The position numbers and the translations under genes are program-made. The notes beneath the pieces were generated by a model, which was not told where the DNA came from, ran no database searches, and worked only from the letters and a program-made list of their open reading frames with translations. 64,000 bases of DNA from Vicinamibacterales bacterium (lineage in GTDB: Bacteria > Acidobacteriota > Vicinamibacteria > Vicinamibacterales > UBA2999), in contig CBDFLL010000002.1 of NCBI GenBank assembly GCA_965249205.1, forward strand, positions 170,810-234,809, given 5' to 3'. Within the stretch, counting starts at the first letter, position 1. The number at the start of each line of letters is the position of its first letter. Of the stretch, positions 17,238 through 25,573 are shown piece by piece.

Positions 17238-20200
17238 CTACGCCTTAGGCCGCGGCCAATGGCGTGCCGCGGCTTCGGCGTCTTCCAGTTCTTCCTTGCG
17301 TCGCCAGTAGCCATGTTTCTTGATCAGCCGACGGGCTTCGGTCAGGTCATCGCGCGGACCGCGCGCGTGGCCGTTTGGATCTGCTGGACCGGCCACAGCA
17401 CTCAGATCGGTCGCCCACGGATACGGCGTGACGGCATGGAAGAGCCTCGCGCGGTAGAGATGGATGTCGGCGAGGAAGAGGGGCATGGGGCCGCGCTCGG
17501 CGATCTCCCAAGCCTCGTCCAGGTCATTCATCGTGCTCGCCTCACCCGCCACCGCCTGCGCCTCTTGGTTGAGAAGTCTCTGCCGTGTGGCTATCGCACA
17601 GGAGCACCAGGCGCGGGTGAAGAGGCCGCGGGGAAGCTCGTCGCTCTGTCCCGCGCGGCGGAGACCGTCCACGGCGGCGATAACCTCAGTCGCCGCGGAC
17701 GTGAGCCCAACTTGATCGTCCGCGGACTCGAGTATCAACCTGTAGAGCTTGGCGCGGCCCAGGGTCAGGTGGTCGAGAGCGATGCTGAGAAGCGCGTCGC
17801 TAGGAACTCGCCATTCGAACATCTTCGCACCGCGCGCGGCGACGGCGCGACAGGAGGCCACGCTCGTCGCCGCCGCCGACCGACTGTCAGCATCCGCCGC
17901 CTCTCGTCGGCTGCCCCCAAGCAGCATGTGCCACGCGCCACGCGCCGCCTCCATCAAGAGCAGCTCGCAATATCGGAAGCCCTGCACCGAATACAGCAAC
18001 GGGTATTGAGGCTGATTCTGGGCCTGCATTTTCTCGGCCTCGCGGAAGAGCGCTTCCGCCTCGGCCCGGCGGCCCGCATGGTGCAGGGCATCGGCATGGG
18101 TCGTGCGCTTGCCCATCCGCTGAAACGCATCGCCCGTGCGATCGGCGTAGGTAACGGACTGCTCGGCGTCCTCCACCGCCCCGGCCACGTCGCCCAGCGT
18201 CAGCTCCAGTTCGCTAAGGTTGCTGGCGCTGATGGCAGCGTTTGTCCAATCCTCCTGCTTGTCCATCAAGACAACCGTTGTCCGCATCGGTTCGACGGCC
18301 TCGGTTAACCGACCCAAGCCGCGCAGAAGCACGGCGGTTGTACCCAACAGGACCCCTTGGTCATTCTCTTTGAGTGAAGGCGAGACGCGGCTCCACGGGG
18401 TCTCGAAGAAGGAGGCGACGGCCCCAAGTTCGGAACCTAAGGCGCCGAGCTTCCTGGCGCTGTAGTAATTGTTCTGTTTGCGAATGCGTTCGAACCACAC
18501 CTTGTCATGCGCCTCCTGCTGCATCCCTGCTTGGCAGCCGTGGGCGACGGCCTGGTAGAGCGGTTGGAGGTCTTTGAGTGTGGGCTCGTCGCCTTCATTT
18601 GTGGTCGCGCAGAGGTGTTCGTAGAGCCGCCGGTGCGCGGCACGCCAGGCTTCGGGTTGCTCCTTCAGGACACGCCGGGCGAAGTATTCCCGAATGAGCG
18701 GATGCGAATCGAGCGCGACGAGGCTCTTGGCCGCATCACGGTTCACGGTGAGCAGCTTCGCCTCCTCGAGCCGGGTGAGCGCGATGTTCAACTGGCTTGG
18801 CGCAATCGACTTCTTTGCTACCGTGAAGAGCGCCTCGGTCAGACCTGGGATGACGGGGCCTGTCCACAGCGCCTCCAGGCAGTCGGCGGTGGCCGGGCGG
18901 TCGAACAGGCCGAGCAACCGCAGCAGAGCGACCGCGCGCCGGCCCTTCTGATTCTCTTCCCCGGTTTTCCCTCCGGTCTCGAGTGACTGCACATACGCAT
19001 CCATGACATGGAAGGCATGGCCGCCCTGCTCCTCCGCATCCGCCTCGTCGAGCTTCACGAGGTCGCGCCGACGAATGTCTCCGGCGTGGGCGTCGCGGAG
19101 GAACGTGCCGATCAGGTTGAGCGTCAGCGCGTGGCCCTTCACATCTGCGACGAGTGCCTCGAACTCCCTTTGACGCCCAACTACGCCGAGCGTCCTGAGT
19201 AGCGCCACGCCGGCTTCCGGCAACAACCGCAGGAGTACCTCCTCTGGCGCTGTCGTCTGCCAGTAGGCGCGCAAGTCCGGGATGGAATATCGCGTGGTGA
19301 CGACGCAGAGGCCGTTGCTGGTAGCGGCCAGCCCTTTGAGCACAGCGGCAAGGCCCTGGTCCTTCAGTTCGCCCGGCGTGGGAGAGGTGGGCGCGTATTG
19401 CAGCGGCTCCAGGCCATCCAAGATGAGCAGTGCCCGCCGTTCGCCGGCGAGCTGGGCGAGCCGCCGGCCCTTGTCGAACGCGCCAGCGCTACCCTCCGCC
19501 ATCTCCGCGTCGCCGAAGAACGTGAGCGCCTTGAGAAACAGGTCGGACGACACCGCCATCTGCTCCCGCGTGCCCTGGCTGTAGAAGGACCACGCAAACA
19601 CCGCATCGCACCCCGGCCAGTCCTGATGCGCCAGCTCCGCCGCCCACTTCGCCACGAGCGACGTTTTTCCCTCGCCCCCGAGTGCGACGAAGGTGAGAAT
19701 GTGCGGTCGCTTCGTCTCGCCGCGCACCGCCTTGTCCCAGGCGTTGGCAAGGAGCTTGGTCTCGGTCTCGCGACCGATAAGTTCCGATGGTGCGTATTTG
19801 ATGATGCGTAAGATATCGACCTTCGCCGTCTGAGTGGCGGATGTTTCGCCGAAGGTAAGCGCGGTCCCTTTTCGACGATGTCTGGGCTTGAGCGCGCCGA
19901 CCGGAAGCGGCTCCACACCTGCCCGCTCCAGCAACAAATCGTAAAGGCGCTGGTAGTTACTCTCAGAGGTCAGGGAGTAGTGGCTGACCGAACGCATCGG
20001 CTCTGGGATCCAATCCTCAGTGGCGGCAGACAAGAACACCGGCACAAACTTCAGCGTATTACTGCGACTGCCGTAGATTTCTTGGGTGATGAGGGCACCC
20101 TCCCAATCGACGCCCTTGCCCTTACCGAGTTTTTCATGCCCGCGGAATCGGCGGTAGTAGGTTTCGGTGCAGACGACAAGAACGGAGCCCGCGGCATCGA

Positions 20201-20369
20201 GTTGATCGAGCATCCAGCGCGGCCAGCCCTGCTGGGGTGCGCCGTTCACGTACTGGTCAAGGAGAGTCTCGATGCCGTCCTGGCGCAGCCGTTCGGAGAG
20301 CGCAAGCACTTGTTTACTATGCTCGACGGAATCGTGGCTGTAGCTGATGAAGACCGTGTTCTGTTTCAT
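17238..20369 (-). CDS. SEFIR/TIR - NB-ARC (STAND ATPase) - TPR protein, NLR-like
   Basis: 1043 aa. N-terminus: TVFISYSHDS...VLVVCTETYY...KFVPVFL. NB-ARC motifs in order: Walker A GGEGKTS (231-237), Walker B LLILDGLE (314-321), TTR (358-360) and GHALTL (412-417). The C-terminal ~500 aa are helical repeats. Confidence 0.8.
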   Translation of the reverse strand: MKQNTVFISYSHDSVEHSKQVLALSERLRQDGIETLLDQYVNGAPQQGWPRWMLDQLDAAGSVLVVCTETYYRRFRGHEKLGKGKGVDWEGALITQEIYGSRSNTLKFVPVFLSAATEDWIPEPMRSVSHYSLTSESNYQRLYDLLLERAGVEPLPVGALKPRHRRKGTALTFGETSATQTAKVDILRIIKYAPSELIGRETETKLLANAWDKAVRGETKRPHILTFVALGGEGKTSLVAKWAAELAHQDWPGCDAVFAWSFYSQGTREQMAVSSDLFLKALTFFGDAEMAEGSAGAFDKGRRLAQLAGERRALLILDGLEPLQYAPTSPTPGELKDQGLAAVLKGLAATSNGLCVVTTRYSIPDLRAYWQTTAPEEVLLRLLPEAGVALLRTLGVVGRQREFEALVADVKGHALTLNLIGTFLRDAHAGDIRRRDLVKLDEADAEEQGGHAFHVMDAYVQSLETGGKTGEENQKGRRAVALLRLLGLFDRPATADCLEALWTGPVIPGLTEALFTVAKKSIAPSQLNIALTRLEEAKLLTVNRDAAKSLVALDSHPLIREYFARRVLKEQPEAWRAAHRRLYEHLCATTNEGDEPTLKDLQPLYQAVAHGCQAGMQQEAHDKVWFERIRKQNNYYSARKLGALGSELGAVASFFETPWSRVSPSLKENDQGVLLGTTAVLLRGLGRLTEAVEPMRTTVVLMDKQEDWTNAAISASNLSELELTLGDVAGAVEDAEQSVTYADRTGDAFQRMGKRTTHADALHHAGRRAEAEALFREAEKMQAQNQPQYPLLYSVQGFRYCELLLMEAARGAWHMLLGGSRREAADADSRSAAATSVASCRAVAARGAKMFEWRVPSDALLSIALDHLTLGRAKLYRLILESADDQVGLTSAATEVIAAVDGLRRAGQSDELPRGLFTRAWCSCAIATRQRLLNQEAQAVAGEASTMNDLDEAWEIAERGPMPLFLADIHLYRARLFHAVTPYPWATDLSAVAGPADPNGHARGPRDDLTEARRLIKKHGYWRRKEELEDAEAAARHWPRPKA

Positions 20370-20509
20370 GACTGCTGCAGTAATCCGGTCACTATAGCCG
20401 AGCTACTGAATCGTCTGGAATCAGCGCAGCGAATACTGATCTGCCTCCCCTGCTCTTGCGTGAGTTGATGAGGCGAAGCGGGTGGCGCTTGGCGCCAAGG
20501 AGACCCTTC

Positions 20510-20772
20510 TTCATAACCTCGTCGCGATTGGCCGCGATTCACCGCCTGGTGATCACCACCGGCTGTGAGGCGCGGCACCTCCGGCGCAAACCGCAGGGCT
20601 GGCGCCAGCCGCGACGCGAGGCAAGATGTTCCCTCCTGGATCCGTCTGTGATGCGAGCGGAGCCGGTTTGCAGAGGAGATGCCGCGCCTCATGGCCGGTG
20701 ACACATCTGGGCACGAATGGGGCTGTCCGCGGTCTTCCGCGGACAGGACCCGCCTGGAGGTTATGAATCCGG
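20510..20772 (-). repeat. MITE-like repeat unit, right copy (inverted relative to the left copy)
   Basis: Perfect 11-bp terminal inverted repeats TTCATAACCTC (20510-20520) and GAGGTTATGAA (20757-20767). The core 20549-20731 is ~97% identical to the left copy. Confidence 0.8.
20723..20746 (-). terminator. hairpin just downstream of the purK stop (candidate terminator, no U-tract)
   Basis: Perfect 10-bp stem CTGTCCGCGG / CCGCGGACAG with a 4-nt loop, 28 nt from the purK stop. It lies inside the right repeat unit. Confidence 0.4.
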
Positions 20773-20773
20773 T

Positions 20774-21907
20774 TTAGATCAGCAGCGCGTCGCGCGCACC
20801 GACGACGAGGTCCTGCGCCTCGTTGACTGTCGCGCCGACCGCTGTCAGATGCCCCATCTTCCGCCCCGGTCGGGGGTTGGTCTTGCCGTAAAGGTGCAGC
20901 TTGACGTCGGCGAACCGGAAGGCAGCCGCCCAGTTCGGCTCGCCGTCCACCCAGAGGTCGCCAAGCAGGTTCGCCATCGCGGCCGGGCGCGGGATCTCCG
21001 CCGACCCAAGCGGGAGACTACACACGGCGCGCACCTGCTGCTCGAACTGGCTGGTCACGGCAGCGTCGATCGTGAGGTGGCCGGAGTTATGGGGCCGCGG
21101 GGCCAGCTCGTTGACCAGCAGGTCGCCATCGGTGCTGACGAAGAACTCGACACACAGCACACCGACGTACTGCAGCTCTTCGAGAATCGTCCGCGTGATG
21201 TCGTTCGCCTGTGTCACCACGGCCGGTGGGATCGCGGCCGGCACAGTCGTGACATCGAGGATGTGATCGCGATGGCGGTTCTCGAATGGTAAGTACATGG
21301 CGATCTCGCCGTCGCCGCCCCGGGCGGCGATGATCGAGATCTCTGCCTGCAGGCTGATGAACTTTTCCACGACCGCCGCCTGGTGACCGATGGCGGTCCA
21401 GATAGGTTCTACGTCGGCCGGCGTCGCGACCTTGTGCTGCCCCTTGCCATCGTACCCAAAGGCGGCGGTCTTGATGACGGCGGGCGTTCCGACGCGGGCC
21501 ACCGCGTCCCATAACTCGTCAAAACTCTCGGCGGACGCAAACGGTACCGTCGGCACTCCGCGGTCCGCGAGAAACGTCTTCTCGCGGGCACGCTGCTGAG
21601 CGATGTGCAGCGCGACGCCAGACGGGCAGACCGGCACGAGTGCCTCCACGGCGTCGATCGCCTCGGTCGGGATGTTCTCGAACTCGAACGTGACCACGTC
21701 CACGCCGCGCGCGAACGTGCGCACCGCATCGAGGTCAGCATACGGTGCGCTCACCTCCAGGTCGGCGATCTGTCCTGCAGGTGAGTCGTCTTCGGGAGAA
21801 AACGTGTGGACGCGGTAGCCCATTCGCCTGGCGGCCATCGCGAACATGCGCCCAAGCTGGCCGCCCCCGAGCAGGCCCAGGGCCGCGCCCGGCGCCACGC
21901 GCGTCAC
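20774..21907 (-). CDS. purK: 5-(carboxyamino)imidazole ribonucleotide synthase
   Basis: ATP-grasp sequence [24 protein letters not shown]. The GTG at 21907 overlaps the purE stop (GTGA). The 493-aa track ORF carries an Arg-rich shadow extension across purE. Confidence 0.9.
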   Translation of the reverse strand: MTRVAPGAALGLLGGGQLGRMFAMAARRMGYRVHTFSPEDDSPAGQIADLEVSAPYADLDAVRTFARGVDVVTFEFENIPTEAIDAVEALVPVCPSGVALHIAQQRAREKTFLADRGVPTVPFASAESFDELWDAVARVGTPAVIKTAAFGYDGKGQHKVATPADVEPIWTAIGHQAAVVEKFISLQAEISIIAARGGDGEIAMYLPFENRHRDHILDVTTVPAAIPPAVVTQANDITRTILEELQYVGVLCVEFFVSTDGDLLVNELAPRPHNSGHLTIDAAVTSQFEQQVRAVCSLPLGSAEIPRPAAMANLLGDLWVDGEPNWAAAFRFADVKLHLYGKTNPRPGRKMGHLTAVGATVNEAQDLVVGARDALLI

Positions 21908-22389
21908 GGCAGCGGTACCTGCCGTACTTTCTCGGTCTGCTGGTCGCGAAAGGCGCGGAGCTTCGCCCTCAGATCCGGGCGTGAGTTGGACAGAATGGAG
22001 ACGGCAAGGAGCCCCGCGTTGGTCGAGCCTGGCTTGCCAATGGCCAACGCGCCCACTGGGATGCCGCCCGGCATCTGGGCAATCGAGAGCAGGGAGTCGA
22101 GACCCTTGAGCGCCGCGCTCTCGACAGGCACGCCGAGGACCGGCACGACAGTCAATGCGGCGACCATACCGGGCAGGTGCGCCGCGCCGCCGGCGCCGGC
22201 GATGATGACCTCGACGCCGCTGGCTTCGGCGCCCGTTGCAAACTCGGCCATCCACGCCGGTGTCCGGTGAGCCGATACGATATGGCGCTCGTAGGGCACC
22301 TCAAAGCGGTCGAGCACGTCGACCGCATGTTTCATCGTCTCCCAGTCGGATAACGACCCCATGACGACGGCGACGAGCGGCTCTGCCAT
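21904..22389 (-). CDS. purE: 5-(carboxyamino)imidazole ribonucleotide mutase
   Basis: 161 aa. [17 protein letters not shown]...SAHRTP...[14 protein letters not shown] are the classic PurE motifs. Confidence 0.95.
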   Translation of the reverse strand: MAEPLVAVVMGSLSDWETMKHAVDVLDRFEVPYERHIVSAHRTPAWMAEFATGAEASGVEVIIAGAGGAAHLPGMVAALTVVPVLGVPVESAALKGLDSLLSIAQMPGGIPVGALAIGKPGSTNAGLLAVSILSNSRPDLRAKLRAFRDQQTEKVRQVPLP

Positions 22390-22395
22390 TAGAAA

Positions 22396-23646
22396 CTACT
22401 TTGTCATCCTTGCCTTGAGTTCACCGTCGATCGCCGCCATGAACTCGTCGGTAGTCAGGTACGGCTGATCCTTGTCGATCAGGATAGCCAGATCCTTGGT
22501 CATCCGGCCCGATTCGACGACGTCCACGCACACCTGCTCCAGCGTCACTGCGAAGGTGACCACGTCCGGCGTGTCGTCGAACCGGCCGCGATACTGCAGT
22601 CCACGCGTCCACGCATAGATCGACGCGATCGGATTGGTCGACGTCGGCTTTCCCTGCTGGTGCATCCGGTAGTGGCGCGTGACCGTGCCGTGGGCGGCTT
22701 CGGCCTCCACCGACTTGCCATCGGGCGACATCAGCACCGACGTCATCAAGCCCAGCGATCCGTAGCCTTGGGCCACCGTATCGGACTGCACGTCGCCATC
22801 GTAGTTCTTGCAAGCCCACAGATAGCCACCGTCCCACTTCAGACTGGCCGCCACCATGTCGTCGATCAGGCGGTGCTCATAGGCCAGGCCCTTCGCCTCG
22901 AACGCCTGCCTAAAGTCGGCGTCGAAGACGCGCTGGAATGTGTTCTTGAACGTGCCGTCATACACCTTCAGGATCGTGTTCTTCGTCGAGAGATACACCG
23001 GGTAGTTGCGGCCGAGCGCATACGTGAAGCAGGCACGGGCGAATCCCTCAATCGAGGCGTCGAGGTTGAACATACCCATCGCGACGCCGCTGCCCGGCGT
23101 CTTGATGACTTCCCGCTCGATCGGCGCCTCTCCACTGCCGCTGGCCGGCGTCCAGCTGATCGTGATCGTGCCAGGACCCGGGAAGTGGAAATCCTGCGCA
23201 CGGTACTGATCGCCGAAGCCGTGGCGCGCAACGACCACGGGTTTGTTCCAGTGCGACACGATGCGCGGCACGTTGCGGCAGACGATCGGCTCTCGGAAGA
23301 TCGTGCCGTCAAGGATGTTCCGGATCGTGCCGTTGGGCGACCGCCACATCTGCTTGAGATTGAACTCTTTCACCCGGCCTTCGTCAGGTGTGATCGTGGC
23401 GCACTTCACCGCGACGCCGTATCGCTTGGTCGCTTCGGCCGAATCGATCGTGACCTGGTCGTCCGTCTCGTCGCGCGACTCGACGGCAAGGTCGTAGTAT
23501 TTCAAGTCGATATCGAGGTACGGCAGGATCAGCGTTTCGCGAATCTTCTGCCAGATGATCCGGGTCATTTCATCCCCGTCCATCTCGACAACCGGGTTCT
23601 TTACGTTGATCTTGCCCATCGTGCTCATGGTCTCCTGATTCGCCAC
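22396..23646 (-). CDS. icd: NADP-dependent isocitrate dehydrogenase (eukaryote-like homodimeric type)
   Basis: 416 aa. Matches the family in [16 protein letters not shown]...[10 protein letters not shown]... Confidence 0.9.
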   Translation of the reverse strand: MANQETMSTMGKINVKNPVVEMDGDEMTRIIWQKIRETLILPYLDIDLKYYDLAVESRDETDDQVTIDSAEATKRYGVAVKCATITPDEGRVKEFNLKQMWRSPNGTIRNILDGTIFREPIVCRNVPRIVSHWNKPVVVARHGFGDQYRAQDFHFPGPGTITISWTPASGSGEAPIEREVIKTPGSGVAMGMFNLDASIEGFARACFTYALGRNYPVYLSTKNTILKVYDGTFKNTFQRVFDADFRQAFEAKGLAYEHRLIDDMVAASLKWDGGYLWACKNYDGDVQSDTVAQGYGSLGLMTSVLMSPDGKSVEAEAAHGTVTRHYRMHQQGKPTSTNPIASIYAWTRGLQYRGRFDDTPDVVTFAVTLEQVCVDVVESGRMTKDLAILIDKDQPYLTTDEFMAAIDGELKARMTK

Positions 23647-23762
23647 CGAGGCCGGTCCCTGATTCGGTAACGCATCACCATGCGTCCACCGCGTCTATCC
23701 GTGGAAGAGAAACGGTGATTATATCGCGATGCCCCGAAGACGTCCTGCGAAGCGCCCGCCCT

Positions 23763-25472
23763 CTAGGCGCCCGCGCCGGGCGCCCTTCGCCCAAGCCCTT
23801 CCACCGCACTCACAGCCAACCCGACGATCACAACAACAGCCGCGCCGATGACGTTGTGCCAGAGAAAGGCCACGTTTGTGAAGCTTGCCGCCCAGGCCAC
23901 CGCGCCCATGCCCGCCAGCAACCCGAGAAAGGCCCCGTTGGCAGTCGCGCGGCGGAAGCCCACTGCCAGGATGAACACACCGAGGATCGAACCGTAAAAG
24001 AACGATCCAAAGCGGTTGACCACCTCGATGAGCGACCCGAGTTCGGCGGCCCAGATGGCCACGCCGCTCGCAAAGAGTCCCCAGAATCCGGTCGCGAAAC
24101 GCGACACCCACAGGTAGTGGCGATCGGTCGCGTGCCCCTTGGCAAATCGGCGGTAGAAGTCGATCACGGTGGCCGTCGAGAGCGATGCCATCTCGGCAGC
24201 GATCGTCGACATCGCGGCCGCGAAGATGGCCGCGATCAGCAAGCCGATGAGACCCACCGGCATGTGGGTCAGGATGAACGTCGGGAAGACGTAGTTCACG
24301 TCGTTGTACGACTCGTCGCCGGTCGCCTCACGCACGAGCGACAGCGCCTCACCCCGAATAGCACGAACCTCGGCTTCTCGCGCCGTGAACTCCCCCCCTG
24401 CCGCTGTGCGCGCTGTGGCATCGCCGCCGGTATCGGCCTCCGCCAGCGCCAGGCCCGCCGTCCGCCGGGCTTCGTTCGCAGCAACGAAACGGCCTTCGAG
24501 CGTCCCGTACTCGGCCGCACGCGGCCCCTCGCGCAGCTCGCGATCGTGTACCGAATTGAAGAGCATCGGCGCTGGTGTGAACAGATAGAACAGAAACATG
24601 AACACACCGACGAGCAGCACCAACGCCTGCAGCGGGATCTTCCAGTACGCGCTCATCATCAGCGATGACCGGGCCGCGCTCACAGATTTCGCGGCGAGAT
24701 ACCGCTGGACCTGACTCTGGTCGGTCCCGAAGTACGAGCAGAACAGAAAGAACGCCGCGATCGTTCCGGACCAGAAGGTGTACTGGTTCGTCAGATCGAA
24801 CGAGAAGTCGAACGTCTGCAGCCGCCCCGTGGCGCCGGCGATGCGCAACGCTTGCGGCACGCTTACCTCGGCTGGCAACCCGAGTACAAGGACCACTACG
24901 GCAGCCAGCAGGCCAAAGACGATCAGCACAACCTGCTTGACGTCGGTCCACGTCACCGCCTGGACGCCGCCAAACATCGTGTAGACGGCCGTCGGCAAGG
25001 CAATCAGTAGCGCGGTGTTGGTAACGCTGATCTCCAGCACCACCGCCAGCACGACCGCGGGCGCCGAGATCACCACACCGAGCGACATGCTGCGGGAAAA
25101 GAGAAACAGCAGGCTGGTGAAGGCGCGCGTCTTGGCGTCGAACCGCTGCTCCAGAAACTCGTACGCAGTGAAGACCCTGGCCTTGTGAAAGAACGGCACC
25201 AGCGTGACCGACAGCACGATCATCGCGAGCGGCAGCGCATAGTAAAACTGCAGAAACCGCATACCGTCCGCGTAGCCCTGGCCGGTGGTGCCGATCATCG
25301 TGATGGCGCTGAGCTGGGTTGCCATGACCGAGAGGCCGACGGCCCACCACGGCAGGCTTCGGCTGGCGAGGAAATACCCTTCGAGTTCGTGGCTGCGCTT
25401 GGTGAGGCGCAGACCGTCCCACACGATCCAGGTCAGATAGACCGCGATGATCGTCCAGTCGATCGGATGCAC
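23763..25472 (-). CDS. sodium:solute symporter family transporter
   Basis: 569 aa, multi-TM, with an SSF-type N-terminus (YFLASRSLPWWAVGLSVMATQLSAIT). GTG start. Confidence 0.85.
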   Translation of the reverse strand: MHPIDWTIIAVYLTWIVWDGLRLTKRSHELEGYFLASRSLPWWAVGLSVMATQLSAITMIGTTGQGYADGMRFLQFYYALPLAMIVLSVTLVPFFHKARVFTAYEFLEQRFDAKTRAFTSLLFLFSRSMSLGVVISAPAVVLAVVLEISVTNTALLIALPTAVYTMFGGVQAVTWTDVKQVVLIVFGLLAAVVVLVLGLPAEVSVPQALRIAGATGRLQTFDFSFDLTNQYTFWSGTIAAFFLFCSYFGTDQSQVQRYLAAKSVSAARSSLMMSAYWKIPLQALVLLVGVFMFLFYLFTPAPMLFNSVHDRELREGPRAAEYGTLEGRFVAANEARRTAGLALAEADTGGDATARTAAGGEFTAREAEVRAIRGEALSLVREATGDESYNDVNYVFPTFILTHMPVGLIGLLIAAIFAAAMSTIAAEMASLSTATVIDFYRRFAKGHATDRHYLWVSRFATGFWGLFASGVAIWAAELGSLIEVVNRFGSFFYGSILGVFILAVGFRRATANGAFLGLLAGMGAVAWAASFTNVAFLWHNVIGAAVVVIVGLAVSAVEGLGRRAPGAGA

Positions 25473-25573
25473 TACGAAAAGTATTCCTGGAAGGCGTAGA
25501 GCGCTGTGAGCGCAACCACCCAGAGGATCAACACGCGTGCGTAGCTATGGCGGGTGTCGGGCTCGGTCGTCAT
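25472..25573 (-). CDS. 33-aa single-TM small protein, translationally coupled between the M61 peptidase and the symporter
   Basis: Hand translation: MTTEPDTRHSYARVLILWVVALTALYAFQEYFS*. Its ATG overlaps the M61 stop (ATGA). Its TAG overlaps the symporter GTG by 1 nt. Confidence 0.4.
   Translation of the reverse strand: MTTEPDTRHSYARVLILWVVALTALYAFQEYFS

Noticed and set aside
20366-20704. A 112-codon Arg/Ser-rich ORF (minus strand). It starts inside the right repeat unit and ends in an ATGA overlap with the TIR-STAND start codon. A truncated 49-codon version exists in the left repeat (17050-17199, plus strand).
   Set aside because: No recognisable domain and many A/T-ending codons. Of the differences between the two repeat copies, 3 are non-synonymous and 1 is synonymous. 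The left copy is cut short by a stop. It is more likely non-coding repeat or promoter DNA. The ATGA overlap is the only point in its favour, so it is worth a quick homology and Ribo-seq check.
21908-22255. A 116-codon N-terminal extension of the purK ORF, making it 493 aa in the track.
   Set aside because: The extension is poly-Arg-rich and overlaps the well-supported purE gene in another frame. The GTG at 21907 gives a canonical PurK N-terminus with a GTGA overlap. Similar extensions were trimmed for queG (53667-53933), the pilin (54287-54439), the EVE protein, bshA, the FAD oxidoreductase, araC, gltX and the CDGSH gene.
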